64,000 bases of DNA. It comes from an uncultured Acidobacteriota bacterium. GTDB lineage: Bacteria; Acidobacteriota; Thermoanaerobaculia; UBA5066; Gp7-AA6. The notes beneath the pieces were generated by a model that saw only the letters and a list, made by a program, of their open reading frames with translations, had not been told where the DNA came from and did not search any database. The stretch covers positions 84,135-148,134 of the forward strand of contig CAVQCH010000005.1 of assembly GCA_963710945.1 (NCBI GenBank). Direction: 5' to 3'. Made by a program: the position numbers and the translations under genes. Below, piece by piece: positions 38,333 to 47,544 of this stretch (the first letter of the stretch is position 1; every line of letters starts with the position of its first letter).

Positions 38333-38865
38333 CTGGCCCGCTCCGGGTGCAGGACGCGGTCGAGCGCGAGGACGCGCCGCGCGGCGTCGGTCGTGGCGTG
38401 GGCCGTCAGCGTGGCCCCGGTGACCGGGCGGATCGCGCGCTTCAGCGAGAGCTCGCTGTCGAGGGGTTTGCCCTGGAACTGCTCGTACCAGTGGGCGCGG
38501 GGCATGTACTCCTCGGGCTCGGAGAAGGCGAGCACCTCGATGCGCGCGATCGCGCCCGCCGGATCGACCTCGACCATGATCGTCTCGGGCATGGTGCGCA
38601 CGACGTGCGTGTCGAAGTACGCGGTCCCGACGGCGTGGCCGTCCCTCGTCCCGACGTAGTAGCTCACGATCGCGCCGGGCAGCTCCTCCTCGCCCGAGAG
38701 CCTCTGCGCCTCCTTCTGCTGCGCCGCCGTCAGGTAGGCGATCTTGTGCTCGACGGCAGCGCCCGGAAACGCGAGCTTCAACGCCTCTTCCTGCGTCAGG
38801 AAGACTTTCGCGTCGAGGGCCGCCGCGGCCAGGGTGACCGCGGCGGCGGCGAGGAGTCGGCGCAT
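38329..38865 (-). CDS. periplasmic FMN-binding domain protein (FMN_bind, ApbE substrate-type)
   Basis: Signal peptide 'MRRLLAAAAVTLAAAALDA'. Flavinylation motif 'RPVTGATLTAHA' at 38404-38424. Confidence 0.75.
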   Translation of the reverse strand: MRRLLAAAAVTLAAAALDAKVFLTQEEALKLAFPGAAVEHKIAYLTAAQQKEAQRLSGEEELPGAIVSYYVGTRDGHAVGTAYFDTHVVRTMPETIMVEVDPAGAIARIEVLAFSEPEEYMPRAHWYEQFQGKPLDSELSLKRAIRPVTGATLTAHATTDAARRVLALDRVLHPERAR

Positions 38866-38867
38866 GG

Positions 38868-40322
38868 TCAGAAAACGTACCCCAGGGAGGCATTGAACAC
38901 GTTGGTCCCGGTCTTCGCGGCGTTGTGGCGCTGCTGCCAGTCGGCCTTCAGGATGAGCTGCGGAATCGGCTGGTAGGCGAGGCCGACCGTGAGCTCCTGG
39001 ACATCGTTCTCGGGATTGCGCTCGTAGCCGTCGGGAACCGCGGCCTGCGTGTCGTACTGCTCGTAGCGCACGAAGGGAATCAGGTTCATGCGCGTCGAGG
39101 CGCAGAGAGACAGGACATCGAATCCGCCCTGCACGTACCAGCCCTCCTGGCGGCTGCCCACGGACTCGTCCCCCTCGAAGTCGTTCAACTGGTTGATCAG
39201 CTCCGCCTGGCTGACGCTCGTGTGCGCGTAGAGGCCGCGCAGCCAGAGGCCGCGCCAGCGCCAGTCGACGTGCGCGTCGAAGACGGTCGTGAGGGCGGAG
39301 ATCTTCACGCCCGACGGAGTGTACTGGCCCTGGCCCGCGTCGCCCGTGAAAACGGACACGCCCGCGAGCAATCCCGGGACGGCCGTGAAGTCGGCGCGGC
39401 CGGCGAAGGCCCAGCTCTTCGCCAGCGCCTCCGAGCCCTCCTGGCGCCCCTCGCGGATGCCCTCGTCCGCGCTGTATCCGGCGGCGTTCAGGCCGTTGAC
39501 CCCATACGCCTGGTAGGAAATCGGGCCCAGCGTTCCGTATGCGCCGGCGCCGAGCTCGCGCCACGTCGACGGGATGATGAGGTCTTCGACGTCCGGCCGC
39601 CGGGCGCCGAGAAACGCCGTCGGTTCGTGGAGCTGGTTGATCAGACCCGAAGGGATGAGGACGAGCCCCGATCGGGCGTTGAAGGCGGGCGAGTGCATGT
39701 AGTCGATGTAGGCGAACTCGACCTCGGCCTCGCCGCCCTTGTCGGAGGCGACGACGGCGTTCTCGTACTCGATTTCGGTGTTGAGCACGAAGTGGTTGTC
39801 GAACTTGTAGCCGAGGTACATGACGGCGCGCAGAAGCGTGATGACGTCGTCGCCCGAGGTCGGGTTGCCGCTCTGGTCCTTCGAGGCGAAGTTGTTGTAC
39901 AGCACCTCGCCGTAGCCGCCGATCGAGACGCCCTTCTTGATGCCGTAAACCTTGGCGGCCGCCGGGCCGATGCCGAATCGCTCGGTGGACTTCTCTCCCG
40001 AGGGCGCGCCGGCCTCGAGAGCGGCGGGCGCCGCCTCGCCCATCTTCATGTTCTGGATCTCCTGGGCGAGGATGTCGATGCGGCGCGAGAGCTCGTCGAG
40101 CTTCGCGCTGGTCTCCGCGGACGTCGAGGACGTCTTCAGCTTCTCGAGCTCGGCGCGCGTGTCGGCGAGCAGGCGCTCGAGCTGCTTGATCCGCTCTTCG
40201 GGCGAGAGGGTCGCCGGGGAAGGGGTCGGCGCCGGCGCCGGAGAGCCGGCCTGGGCCTGCGCGACCGCGGCCGCGCCGAGAGCGAGAGACAGAACGCACA
40301 GGAAACGGGAGACGCCACGCAT
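38868..40322 (-). CDS. outer-membrane porin with N-terminal coiled coil (OprO/P-like putative porin)
   Basis: Signal 'FLCVLSLALGAAAVAQA'. Heptad-like 'EERIKQLERLLADTRAELEKLK...LDELSRRIDILAQEIQNMK'. Beta-barrel text ends 'NVFNASLGYVF'. AGGAGG lies upstream. Confidence 0.75.
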   Translation of the reverse strand: MRGVSRFLCVLSLALGAAAVAQAQAGSPAPAPTPSPATLSPEERIKQLERLLADTRAELEKLKTSSTSAETSAKLDELSRRIDILAQEIQNMKMGEAAPAALEAGAPSGEKSTERFGIGPAAAKVYGIKKGVSIGGYGEVLYNNFASKDQSGNPTSGDDVITLLRAVMYLGYKFDNHFVLNTEIEYENAVVASDKGGEAEVEFAYIDYMHSPAFNARSGLVLIPSGLINQLHEPTAFLGARRPDVEDLIIPSTWRELGAGAYGTLGPISYQAYGVNGLNAAGYSADEGIREGRQEGSEALAKSWAFAGRADFTAVPGLLAGVSVFTGDAGQGQYTPSGVKISALTTVFDAHVDWRWRGLWLRGLYAHTSVSQAELINQLNDFEGDESVGSRQEGWYVQGGFDVLSLCASTRMNLIPFVRYEQYDTQAAVPDGYERNPENDVQELTVGLAYQPIPQLILKADWQQRHNAAKTGTNVFNASLGYVF

Positions 40323-40335
40323 GAAAGGTGTCCTC

Positions 40336-41441
40336 CTAAGGCTGTTGTGGTGTCAGGCCGCGCACCGCATTCGGGTCGGCCGAAAGAAGGTAGCTGGAAA
40401 ACCCGGGGCTCGAGACGGCGTCGAGGGCGCCGCCGCGCTCGACGAGAAAGAGAACCTCGTTCGCGACGCCCTCGCCGCGCAGCTTCGCCGAGAGGGCGAG
40501 TCCCCTTTCGGGGCCGAGCACGAAGAAGGCCGTGGAGAGGATGTCGGCGACGAGGCCCGAAGACGCGACCACGGTGACCGAGCCGAAGTCGGTTGCGGGC
40601 TCTCCGGTCTTCGGGTCGAGGATGTGCCCGATGCGGCGACCGCCGACGTCGCGGCCGCGCTCGGAGTTTCCCGAGGTCGAGGCCGACACGTCCGAGAGGC
40701 CGAGCTCGGCGACGGCGCGGCCGCGTTCGCGCGGATGCGCCACGGGAACGCGCCAGGGCCGCTCCTCCGAGTCGGTTCCCACGGCGAGGACCTGGCCGCC
40801 GAGATCGAGCACGGCGCTCTGCACGCCGGCCTTCCTGAGAACGCCGGCCCGCGAGATCGAGGGCATAGCCCTTTCCCCAGGCGCCCTCGTCGATGCCGGC
40901 GTCCGCCGACGAGCCGCGTCACCGTGCTCGCTGCCGCGTCGAGGCGGAAATGGTCCGCGCCCGAGGCCTTCCGCGCCGCCTCGAGCGCCGCGGACGTCGG
41001 GATGCGCCCCTTGCCGCGGAGGTCCCACGCGCGCAGGAGCGGAGCGATCGTCGGATCGAAGGCGCCGTCGGTCCGCGGGATCCAGGCGAAGTCGAGAGCG
41101 AGGACCTCGGTCAGCTCGCGCGAGACCGGCACCGGCTTGCCCGGCGCGCCGTCGTTGACCCGCCAGAGCTCGCCGCCCGCTTTCCACGTCGTCAGGAGGG
41201 CCTCGACGCGGCGGATCTCCGCGATCGCCGACTCCGAAGCGTCGAGGGCGGCCTCGCGGTACTTCATCCGCACGACGACGTCGAGCGTCGTTCCCATCGT
41301 CTCGACGCGCCGCTCGACCGTGGCGAGAGTCGGCTCGTAGGAGAGCGCCGTAGCGGCGGCCCCGAGAATTGCCAGGACGCCGGCTGCCATGGCCGGGGCG
41401 CCCGAGGCTCCGATCCGCCGCACCCATCCGCGCTGCTGCAC
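40336..41441 (-). CDS. apbE: FAD:protein FMN transferase ApbE. Two frame disruptions near 40848-40850 and 40903-40908.
   Basis: 'METMGTTLDVVV' and 'GAFDPTIAPLLRAW' are in frame A. 'DAGIDEGAWGKGYALD' is in frame B. 'AGVLRKAGVQSAVLDLGGQVLAVG...GHILDPKTGEP...ADILSTAFFVLG' is in frame C. Confidence 0.85.
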
Positions 41442-41457
41442 GCCGCCTCCAGTCCAG

Positions 41458-41476
41458 ATTGAGATTCAGTCTCAAT
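41458..41476. promoter_or_regulatory. palindromic operator candidate (Fur-box-like) upstream of the apbE operon
   Basis: ATTGAGA-TTCAG-TCTCAAT has perfect 7-bp arms. It lies 17 nt upstream of the apbE ATG and 150 nt upstream of the divergent gene. Confidence 0.5.
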
Positions 41477-41625
41477 CGCAACGATAGGCGAGCCGCGCGG
41501 ACGCCGTCAAGACGAAAAATGAGGCGGGGGAGGGAGCCGTCGCGAGCGCCGCGTAAGTGTCTCTGCTCGCAAGCCCTTATCCGCTCTCGCCGAGCCTGCG
41601 CGGGACCCTCGGGGATAATGCCCGG

Positions 41626-42405
41626 ATGCGGAGATCCTCGTCTCGCCACGCCCGGATCCCGGTCGTTTTCGCGCTGCTGTCCGCGCTCGTGCCGCTCGCC
41701 GCCGCCGGCTCCTCGCGCCCGTCGCGCAAGAGCCCGCACGTCGAGATCTCCGGCGAGGCGCGCGTCGCGACGGCGCCGCGCGAGACGGTCCACGAGAACG
41801 GCAGGAAGTTCCTGGAGTTCGAGATCACGCTCGTGAAGGCGGCGCCCACCGCCGAACAGCCTTCCGGTGCCGACACGCATCTGGTTCTCGATACGAAGGG
41901 CCGCGTGCGCGTCGTGCACGACCTTTCCTGCGGCGGGGCGACGCTCGTTCTCGCCGAGGGCGACCGCATCGAGATCCAGGGCGAGTACGTGCACGTGCCG
42001 AAGGGCGGCGATCTCATCCACTTCACGCATCCGGCCGACGGCAGCTGCGGCCACGGTTCGAAGCATCCGGGTGGCTACATCCGCAAGCTGCCGCCCCCCG
42101 CCGCCGCCAGGCCCGCGCCCACGCCGCTCAAACCGTCCGCCCTCATTCCCGATCAGCCGTACACCGGGCCGCCGCCGCCGAGGTCGCAGAGGCCCTATTC
42201 CGCGATCGTCGCGGCGAAGGAGAAGGGGGCCACGAACGCGGAGCTCCTCGCGAAAGTCGAGCGCGAGGGCGTGGCCTACTCGCTGACGACGCCCGAGATC
42301 CAGCAGCTTCGGGCGGCGGGCGTGTCGCCGGACGTGATCGAGGCCATGCTGCGCGCGGGGCGCGCGATGACGCCGGGCCCGACGGCCGCTCCTACGCCGC
42401 GTTGA
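41626..42405 (+). CDS. secreted protein, DUF3465-like N-domain plus Pro-rich linker and C-terminal helical domain
   Basis: Signal 'IPVVFALLSALVPLAAAGS'. 'IEIQGEYVHVPKGGDLIHFTHPADGSCGHGSKHPGGYIRK' resembles DUF3465 as I recall it. Confidence 0.55.
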   Translation: MRRSSSRHARIPVVFALLSALVPLAAAGSSRPSRKSPHVEISGEARVATAPRETVHENGRKFLEFEITLVKAAPTAEQPSGADTHLVLDTKGRVRVVHDLSCGGATLVLAEGDRIEIQGEYVHVPKGGDLIHFTHPADGSCGHGSKHPGGYIRKLPPPAAARPAPTPLKPSALIPDQPYTGPPPPRSQRPYSAIVAAKEKGATNAELLAKVEREGVAYSLTTPEIQQLRAAGVSPDVIEAMLRAGRAMTPGPTAAPTPR

Positions 42406-43180
42406 TGCGGGCGGCGGCCAGCGTCCGCGCCGCGCGCCGCCGCTTCCACCAGAGCATGCCGAGCCAGGCGGTCGGGATCACGGCGAGGGCGTAAGCGAGC
42501 AGCTTTCCGATCTTCCCGTCCGGGCCCAGGATCTCGGTGGCGTCGTGGATCGCCTGGGACGACGGGAAGAGGCGGGCCTCGGCGAGCTCGTGCACGCCGT
42601 AGAGGACGAGCTGCACGAGGAAGATCGCGAGGAAGACGGCCGAGACGTTCAGGATCGATTTCAGATCCACGTCCTTTCCGATCCGGGTCCAGAGAAACGC
42701 GATCGCCGCCGCGGCCACGAGCCCGAGCCCGAGGCCGAGAACGACGACGGCCGACTTCATCTGGAAAAACGCCGTCGCGATCAGAAGCGCCGTCTCCATC
42801 CCTTCGCGCGTGATCATGAGGAGCGCGAAGGCGAAGACGCCCCAGAAGGCGCGCGAGGCGCTGACCCCCGCCGCCTTCGACTCGATCCGCGTCTCGATGT
42901 CCTTCTTCAGGTGCTTCGACACGCGCTTCATGTAGACGAGCAGGCTGCCGACCAGGGCGGCCGCGACGAGCGCCAGGACCCCTTCCCAGAGAGGCTGGTT
43001 GACGGCCTTCGAGAAGAGAAATCCGGCCGCGGAGCAGGTCAGGACGGACACGCCGATCGCGGCATAGACGGCGCGGGCGAGGGCGGGCCGGCCCGTCCGC
43101 TTGAGGTACGCCAGCGTCAGGGCGACGATGAGGAAGGCCTCGATGCCTTCGCGGAGCGCGATGGTGAATCCCTGCCACAT
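42392..43180 (-). CDS. FTR1-family high-affinity iron permease
   Basis: 262 aa, 7 TM. Two REXXE motifs: 'ALREGIEAF' and 'TREGMETAL'. Confidence 0.88.
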   Translation of the reverse strand: MWQGFTIALREGIEAFLIVALTLAYLKRTGRPALARAVYAAIGVSVLTCSAAGFLFSKAVNQPLWEGVLALVAAALVGSLLVYMKRVSKHLKKDIETRIESKAAGVSASRAFWGVFAFALLMITREGMETALLIATAFFQMKSAVVVLGLGLGLVAAAAIAFLWTRIGKDVDLKSILNVSAVFLAIFLVQLVLYGVHELAEARLFPSSQAIHDATEILGPDGKIGKLLAYALAVIPTAWLGMLWWKRRRAARTLAAARINAA

Positions 43181-43239
43181 TGCCCGGCCCTCTCTTCTGC
43201 CGGGCTTGACTTCCGCCCGGGACCGTGAAGAATACCGCG

Positions 43240-43258
43240 ATTGAGACACAGTCGCAAT
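43240..43258. promoter_or_regulatory. palindromic operator candidate (Fur-box-like) between FTR1 and fur
   Basis: ATTGAGAC-ACA-GTCGCAAT, with arms matching 7 of 8. Same half-site as 41458-41476. It ends 3 nt before the fur ATG. TTGACT (43206) -N16- AAGAAT is a possible promoter. Confidence 0.45.
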
Positions 43259-43261
43259 CCC

Positions 43262-43774
43262 ATGAACCGCCGAGAGCTCCAGATATTTCGCAAGTACCTC
43301 GAAAGGCGCGGCTTGAAGCTCACGTCCGAGCGGCAGGCCCTCTTCGACGAGGTCTTCAGCAAGCACGAGCACGTCGAGGCCGACGAGCTCCTGGTGCGGC
43401 TGCGCGCCAAGCACAAGAAGATCTCGCGGGCGACGATCTATCGGACGCTCGAGCTGCTCGTCGAGGCGGGCGTCGTCGGGAAGCTCCGGATCGGCGAGGC
43501 CGGCTACCGCTACGAGAGGCTCCACGCCGGCGACCACCACGACCACCTCATCTGCGACCAGTGCGGGCGCGTGATCGAGTTCTTCGAGCCGCGCATCGAG
43601 GCGCTGCAGGACGAGGTCGCCGAGCGCCATGGCTTCGTGCTGCTGTCGCACAACCACCAGATGCGCGGGATCTGCAAGCGCTGCCGGCCGCGGTCGAAAT
43701 CCGGAGGCGCCTCGAAGGGAGCGGCCGGGCAGTCCGGCCCGGTGATCCCTATTTCGTCCAGGCCACGCGGATGA
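43262..43774 (+). CDS. fur: Fur-family transcriptional regulator
   Basis: 'ISRATIYRTLELL', 'HHDHLICDQCGRVIEF', 'GICKRC'. The ORF track starts at a TTG at 43241. Confidence 0.88.
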   Translation: MNRRELQIFRKYLERRGLKLTSERQALFDEVFSKHEHVEADELLVRLRAKHKKISRATIYRTLELLVEAGVVGKLRIGEAGYRYERLHAGDHHDHLICDQCGRVIEFFEPRIEALQDEVAERHGFVLLSHNHQMRGICKRCRPRSKSGGASKGAAGQSGPVIPISSRPRG

Positions 43775-44966
43775 ACCGCCGGCCGAGGCGCAGCACGGTG
43801 GCGCCCCCGGGGACGGCGAGATTCTCCTCCGGGTCCCGCGTCTCGCGCGGCTCGGTGGCACCCTCGGCGTAGATCTTCAGCGCGCCCTCGGCGATCTTGC
43901 GGCGCGCCTCGCGCATCGAAGCGGCCAGCCCGAGCGCCACGATCGTCTTCGCGGCGCCGCCGGCCTCGGCCGCGGCGAGTTCGCGCGTCTCGATCTCGTC
44001 GGGCACCTCGCCCCGCGAGAACGCCCGGCGGAAATCCTCCTCGGCCTTCGCCGCCGCGTCGGCGCCGTGGAAATCCTCGACGATCCGCCGGCCCAGAAGC
44101 GCCTTGGCGTCGCGGGGATTCTCGGCGCCGCTCTCGACGCGCGCCTTGCGCGCCGCGATCTCGGCCACCGGCTCGTCGGTCAGGAGCTCGAACCAGTTCC
44201 AGAGAAGCGCGTCCGGAATGGACATCACCTTGCCGAACATGTCCCCGGGCGGATCGAGCACGCCGATCGAGTTGCCGAGCGACTTCGACATCTTCTCGAC
44301 GCCGTCGGTGCCGACCAGAAGCGGCAGCGTCATGACGACCTGCGGCTCGAGGCCCTCGGCCCGCATCAGGTCGCGGCCGACGAGCAGGTTGAAGAGCTGA
44401 TCGGTGCCCCCGAGCTCGACGTCGGCCTTCAGCGCCACGGAGTCGTAGCCCTGGGCGAGCGGGTAGAGCAGCTCGTGGAGCGAGATCGGCTGCTGGGCCT
44501 TCCAGCGCTTCTGGAAGTCGTCGCGCTCGAGGATGCGGGCGACCGTGATCTTCCCGGCCAGGCGCACGAATCCCGCCGCGCCGAGCGCGTTCAACCAGCG
44601 GCTGTTGAACTCGATGACGGTCTTGTCGGCGTCGAGGATCTTGAAGGCCTGCTTCGTGTAGGTCTTCGCGTTGACGTCGATCTCGGCGGGGGTCAGCTGC
44701 GGGCGGGTCGCCTTCTTGCCCGACGGGTCGCCGATCATCCCGGTGAAGTCGCCGATCACGAAGACCACCCGGTGACCCGCGTCCTGGAAGTGCCGCATCT
44801 TGCGCAGGACCACGGTATGGCCGAGGTGGATGTCCGGCGCCGAGGGGTCGAACCCCACCTTCACGGTCAGCGGGCCGCGGGCGAGCTTGCGGGCGAGGTC
44901 GGCCTCGTCGATCAGGTCGACCGAACCGCGGCGCAGGCGCTCGAGCGGCGAAGGCGGGGAAGTCAC
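43749..44966 (-). CDS. tyrS: tyrosine--tRNA ligase
   Basis: 405 aa. 'FDPSAPDIHLGHTV' (HIGH), 'KMSKSLGN' (KMSKS), C-terminal S4-like domain. Confidence 0.93.
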   Translation of the reverse strand: MTSPPSPLERLRRGSVDLIDEADLARKLARGPLTVKVGFDPSAPDIHLGHTVVLRKMRHFQDAGHRVVFVIGDFTGMIGDPSGKKATRPQLTPAEIDVNAKTYTKQAFKILDADKTVIEFNSRWLNALGAAGFVRLAGKITVARILERDDFQKRWKAQQPISLHELLYPLAQGYDSVALKADVELGGTDQLFNLLVGRDLMRAEGLEPQVVMTLPLLVGTDGVEKMSKSLGNSIGVLDPPGDMFGKVMSIPDALLWNWFELLTDEPVAEIAARKARVESGAENPRDAKALLGRRIVEDFHGADAAAKAEEDFRRAFSRGEVPDEIETRELAAAEAGGAAKTIVALGLAASMREARRKIAEGALKIYAEGATEPRETRDPEENLAVPGGATVLRLGRRFIRVAWTK

Positions 44967-45021
44967 GGTGGGCGGGGATTATACGTGCGGGGCGTCAACC
45001 GCGGGCTCGTGCGCGCGTCCA

Positions 45022-45540
45022 ATGGAAATGGCCCGACGTGTCTCCGCGTTCGCCGCCCTCGCCCTGGTCGCCGCGGCCGTCCGGTGCAGCGACGCGAACA
45101 CGATGACGGGACCCTCGGCGACCGCGACGGCGACCCCGGCGCCCGCACGGACGCCCACGGCGGGAATCAGTCCGACCCCCGCGCCGACGGTCACGCCCGG
45201 GGCGGCGACGACGATCGTCGTGAGCGTGCGCGCCTGGGACTTTTCGCCGGGAGGGCCGATCTCTGCGCCCCTCACGCTCCAGGTCGGCGTCGCCTACACC
45301 CTGATCTTCCGCGACGTGGACGCGCCGGGCACCGTCAACCCGCGCCATGGGTTTTCCGGCGTGAGCGAGCTCGGCCTGCCTTCGACCGACGACATCTCGC
45401 CCGGGCACGATTTCGTCGTCCCGGCGTTCACTCCCCAGGCCTACCAGCGGGGCGCCTACCCGTTCGTCTGCACGCAGTCGAGCTGCGGCGGCGATCCCGA
45501 GCAGCACGCGGGGATGATCGGGACCCTGTTGATCCAGTAG
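45022..45540 (+). CDS. cupredoxin-like secreted/lipoprotein with a CuA-like Cys-Cys-His-Met cluster
   Basis: Signal '[16 protein letters not shown]', a Thr/Pro-rich linker, then 'RHGF' and '[18 protein letters not shown]'. Confidence 0.6.
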   Translation: MEMARRVSAFAALALVAAAVRCSDANTMTGPSATATATPAPARTPTAGISPTPAPTVTPGAATTIVVSVRAWDFSPGGPISAPLTLQVGVAYTLIFRDVDAPGTVNPRHGFSGVSELGLPSTDDISPGHDFVVPAFTPQAYQRGAYPFVCTQSSCGGDPEQHAGMIGTLLIQ

Positions 45541-45566
45541 CCCCCGCGGCTCGATACAATGGCGCC

Positions 45567-45746
45567 GTGAGCGAGACGAAAGAAGCCCCCGACTCCGCCG
45601 CCCCGGCGGCCCCCGCCGAGAGCGAAGACGACCGCCGCGCCGCCGCGGCCGCGATCAACCGCAAGCGCGCGCTCGACGACTGGGAAGAAAAGAAGAAGCG
45701 CTGGCGCTCGATGGGCGTCCCCAAGGGCCTGCCCGCGAAGAAGTGA
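45567..45746 (+). CDS. small hypothetical protein (59 aa, charged)
   Basis: GTG start. The stop overlaps the next gene's GTG (GTGA). There is only weak coding evidence. Confidence 0.3.
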   Translation: MSETKEAPDSAAPAAPAESEDDRRAAAAAINRKRALDDWEEKKKRWRSMGVPKGLPAKK

Positions 45747-46413
45747 GCCTCGTCGCCTGCCGCCGCTGCCCGCGGCTGGTGGCGTGGCGGGAAGAGGCGG
45801 CGCGAAAGCCGCCGCGGCGCTTTGCGGGCGAGAAGTACTGGTCGAAGCCCGTCCCGGCCTTCGGCGACCCTTCGGGCCGGATCCTGATCGTGGGACTCGC
45901 GCCCGCCGCGCACGGCGCCAACCGCACCGGGCGGATGTTCACGGGAGACGAGTCCGGCAACTTCCTCTTCGAGGCGCTCCACGCCGTGGGTCTCGCAAAC
46001 CAGCCGTCATCCGTCGCGCGCGGCGACGGCCTCGCGCTCGCGGGGCGCCCTTCTCTCGGCGGCGTGCCGGTGCGCGCCGCCGGACAACCGGCCGTTGCCG
46101 GCTGAGCTCGACAACTGCCGCGGGTATCTGCAGGCGGAATTCGAGCGGCTCCGGAAGCCGCGGGTTCTCGTCGCGCTCGGGGCGCTCGGGTTCGACGCCT
46201 GCCTGCGCGTGCTCGCGGCGTCGGGTGCCGCCATCCCGAAGCCGAAGCCGCCGTTTCGCGCACGGGGCGCGATTCCGGTTCGGGGAGGACGTGCTGCTCG
46301 CGACGTATCACCCGAGCCAGCAGAACACGTTCACGGGAGTGCTGACGCAGCGCATGCTGCGCGACGTGCTGCGGCGGGCGGTGAAGGCGGCGAAGCGGTA
46401 CCGGGTGTCGTAG
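45743..46413 (+). CDS. uracil-DNA glycosylase, family 4/5 type. Two frame disruptions at the GGGG run 46042-46045 and near 46256.
   Basis: '[12 protein letters not shown]' and '[23 protein letters not shown]' | '[29 protein letters not shown]' | '[28 protein letters not shown]' lie in three successive frames. Confidence 0.8.
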
Positions 46414-46488
46414 GGGCGGCCCTCGGGCCGCCCGCAAGAGTCACGATGTTTCAGAAGCGGGCGGGGCAAGCCCCGCCCCTACGGCCCG
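46410..46488 (+). repeat. REP-like double-hairpin element, family 1, copy 3 (with a 23-nt insertion between hairpins)
   Basis: GTAGGGGCGGCCCTCGGGCCGCCCGC...GGGCGGGGCAAGCCCCGCCCCTACGGCCCG. It overlaps the UDG stop codon exactly as copy 1 overlaps the trmFO stop. Confidence 0.85.
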
Positions 46489-46500
46489 ATTGCCGGCCGG

Positions 46501-46941
46501 TCAGCTCTTCTTGAACAGCGCGTCGAAGGCGGCGCGGGCGTCGTCGGGGGTCGCCTCGGTACCGCGGCTGCCGGTCAGGTCGAAGGTCTTCGCCGGCGAA
46601 TAGAAGGTGCAGGAGTTGCCGGCCTTCTTCGAGACGATCCTCTCGGGGATGGGCTTGGCGCACTCGAATCGGGCCGACGTGTCGAAGAACGTGCACTGGC
46701 TGCAGGCGTGCAGCGCCTCGCCGCACTTGCTGCACAGCGCGCCGGCGGTGATCGAATCGATATCGCGCACCCGCTCCCCGCAGTGCTTGCAGCGGAACAC
46801 GACGGCCCTGTCCTGATCGGCGCCCCGTCCGCGCGGCCCTTCCTTCGGCGGCGGGCGCGGGCCCCTCGGACGCGGCCCGGAATCCGAGCCGGACCCGGAG
46901 TCCTGGTAGCCGCGGTGGCGGTACTTTCGATCGTCGCTCAC
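46501..46941 (-). CDS. zinc-ribbon protein (hypothetical)
   Basis: GTG start. Gly/Arg/Pro-rich N-terminal region, then 'CKHCGERV...CSKCGEALHACSQC...C'. Function unknown. Confidence 0.5.
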   Translation of the reverse strand: MSDDRKYRHRGYQDSGSGSDSGPRPRGPRPPPKEGPRGRGADQDRAVVFRCKHCGERVRDIDSITAGALCSKCGEALHACSQCTFFDTSARFECAKPIPERIVSKKAGNSCTFYSPAKTFDLTGSRGTEATPDDARAAFDALFKKS

Positions 46942-46983
46942 GTCGCCCGATTGTAGTCCCCGGGGGGATAATCGAGGCTGGCC

Positions 46984-47463
46984 ATGGACGAAGGACCCGA
47001 TCGGGCTCTCGACCTCTGGCGCGAGGGCACGGCGCGCCTGCTCGCCGGCGAGCTCGACGAGGCGATCGCGCTCTTCACGCGCTCGCTCCAGGCGCGGCCG
47101 ACCGCCGAGGCCTACACGTTCCGGGGCTGGGCCTACTCCTTCGCCGGACGGCTCGACGACGCGATCGTCGAGTGCCACAAGGCGATCGCGACCGACCCCG
47201 AGTTCGGCAATCCCTACAACGACATCGGCTGCTACCTGGTGGAGCAGGGGAGCCCGGACGAGGCGATCGTCTGGTTCGAGCAGGCGAAGAGGGCGTCCCG
47301 CTACGAGCCGCGGCACTTCCCGTACCTGAACCTCGGCCGCCTGCACGCCGCCCGCGGGGAGGTGGCCGAGGCGATCGCCGAGTTCGAGGGCGCGCTCGTC
47401 GAGAGTCCGAACGACCCGATCGCCCTGCGGTTCCTCGAAGCCCTCCGCCTCCAGGTCAACTGA
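46984..47463 (+). CDS. tetratricopeptide-repeat protein
   Basis: 159 aa with three TPR-like units ('AIALFTRSLQARPTAEAYTFRGWAY', 'AIVECHKAIATDPEFGNPYNDIG', 'AIAEFEGALVESPNDP'). Confidence 0.75.
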   Translation: MDEGPDRALDLWREGTARLLAGELDEAIALFTRSLQARPTAEAYTFRGWAYSFAGRLDDAIVECHKAIATDPEFGNPYNDIGCYLVEQGSPDEAIVWFEQAKRASRYEPRHFPYLNLGRLHAARGEVAEAIAEFEGALVESPNDPIALRFLEALRLQVN

Positions 47464-47544
47464 GCGGCGTCCCGGAATCCCGAACGGGCCCCGCGCGTTC
47501 TCCCCGAGGCGGATAGAATCCAGCCTTTCGGAGGTAGGAGAACC

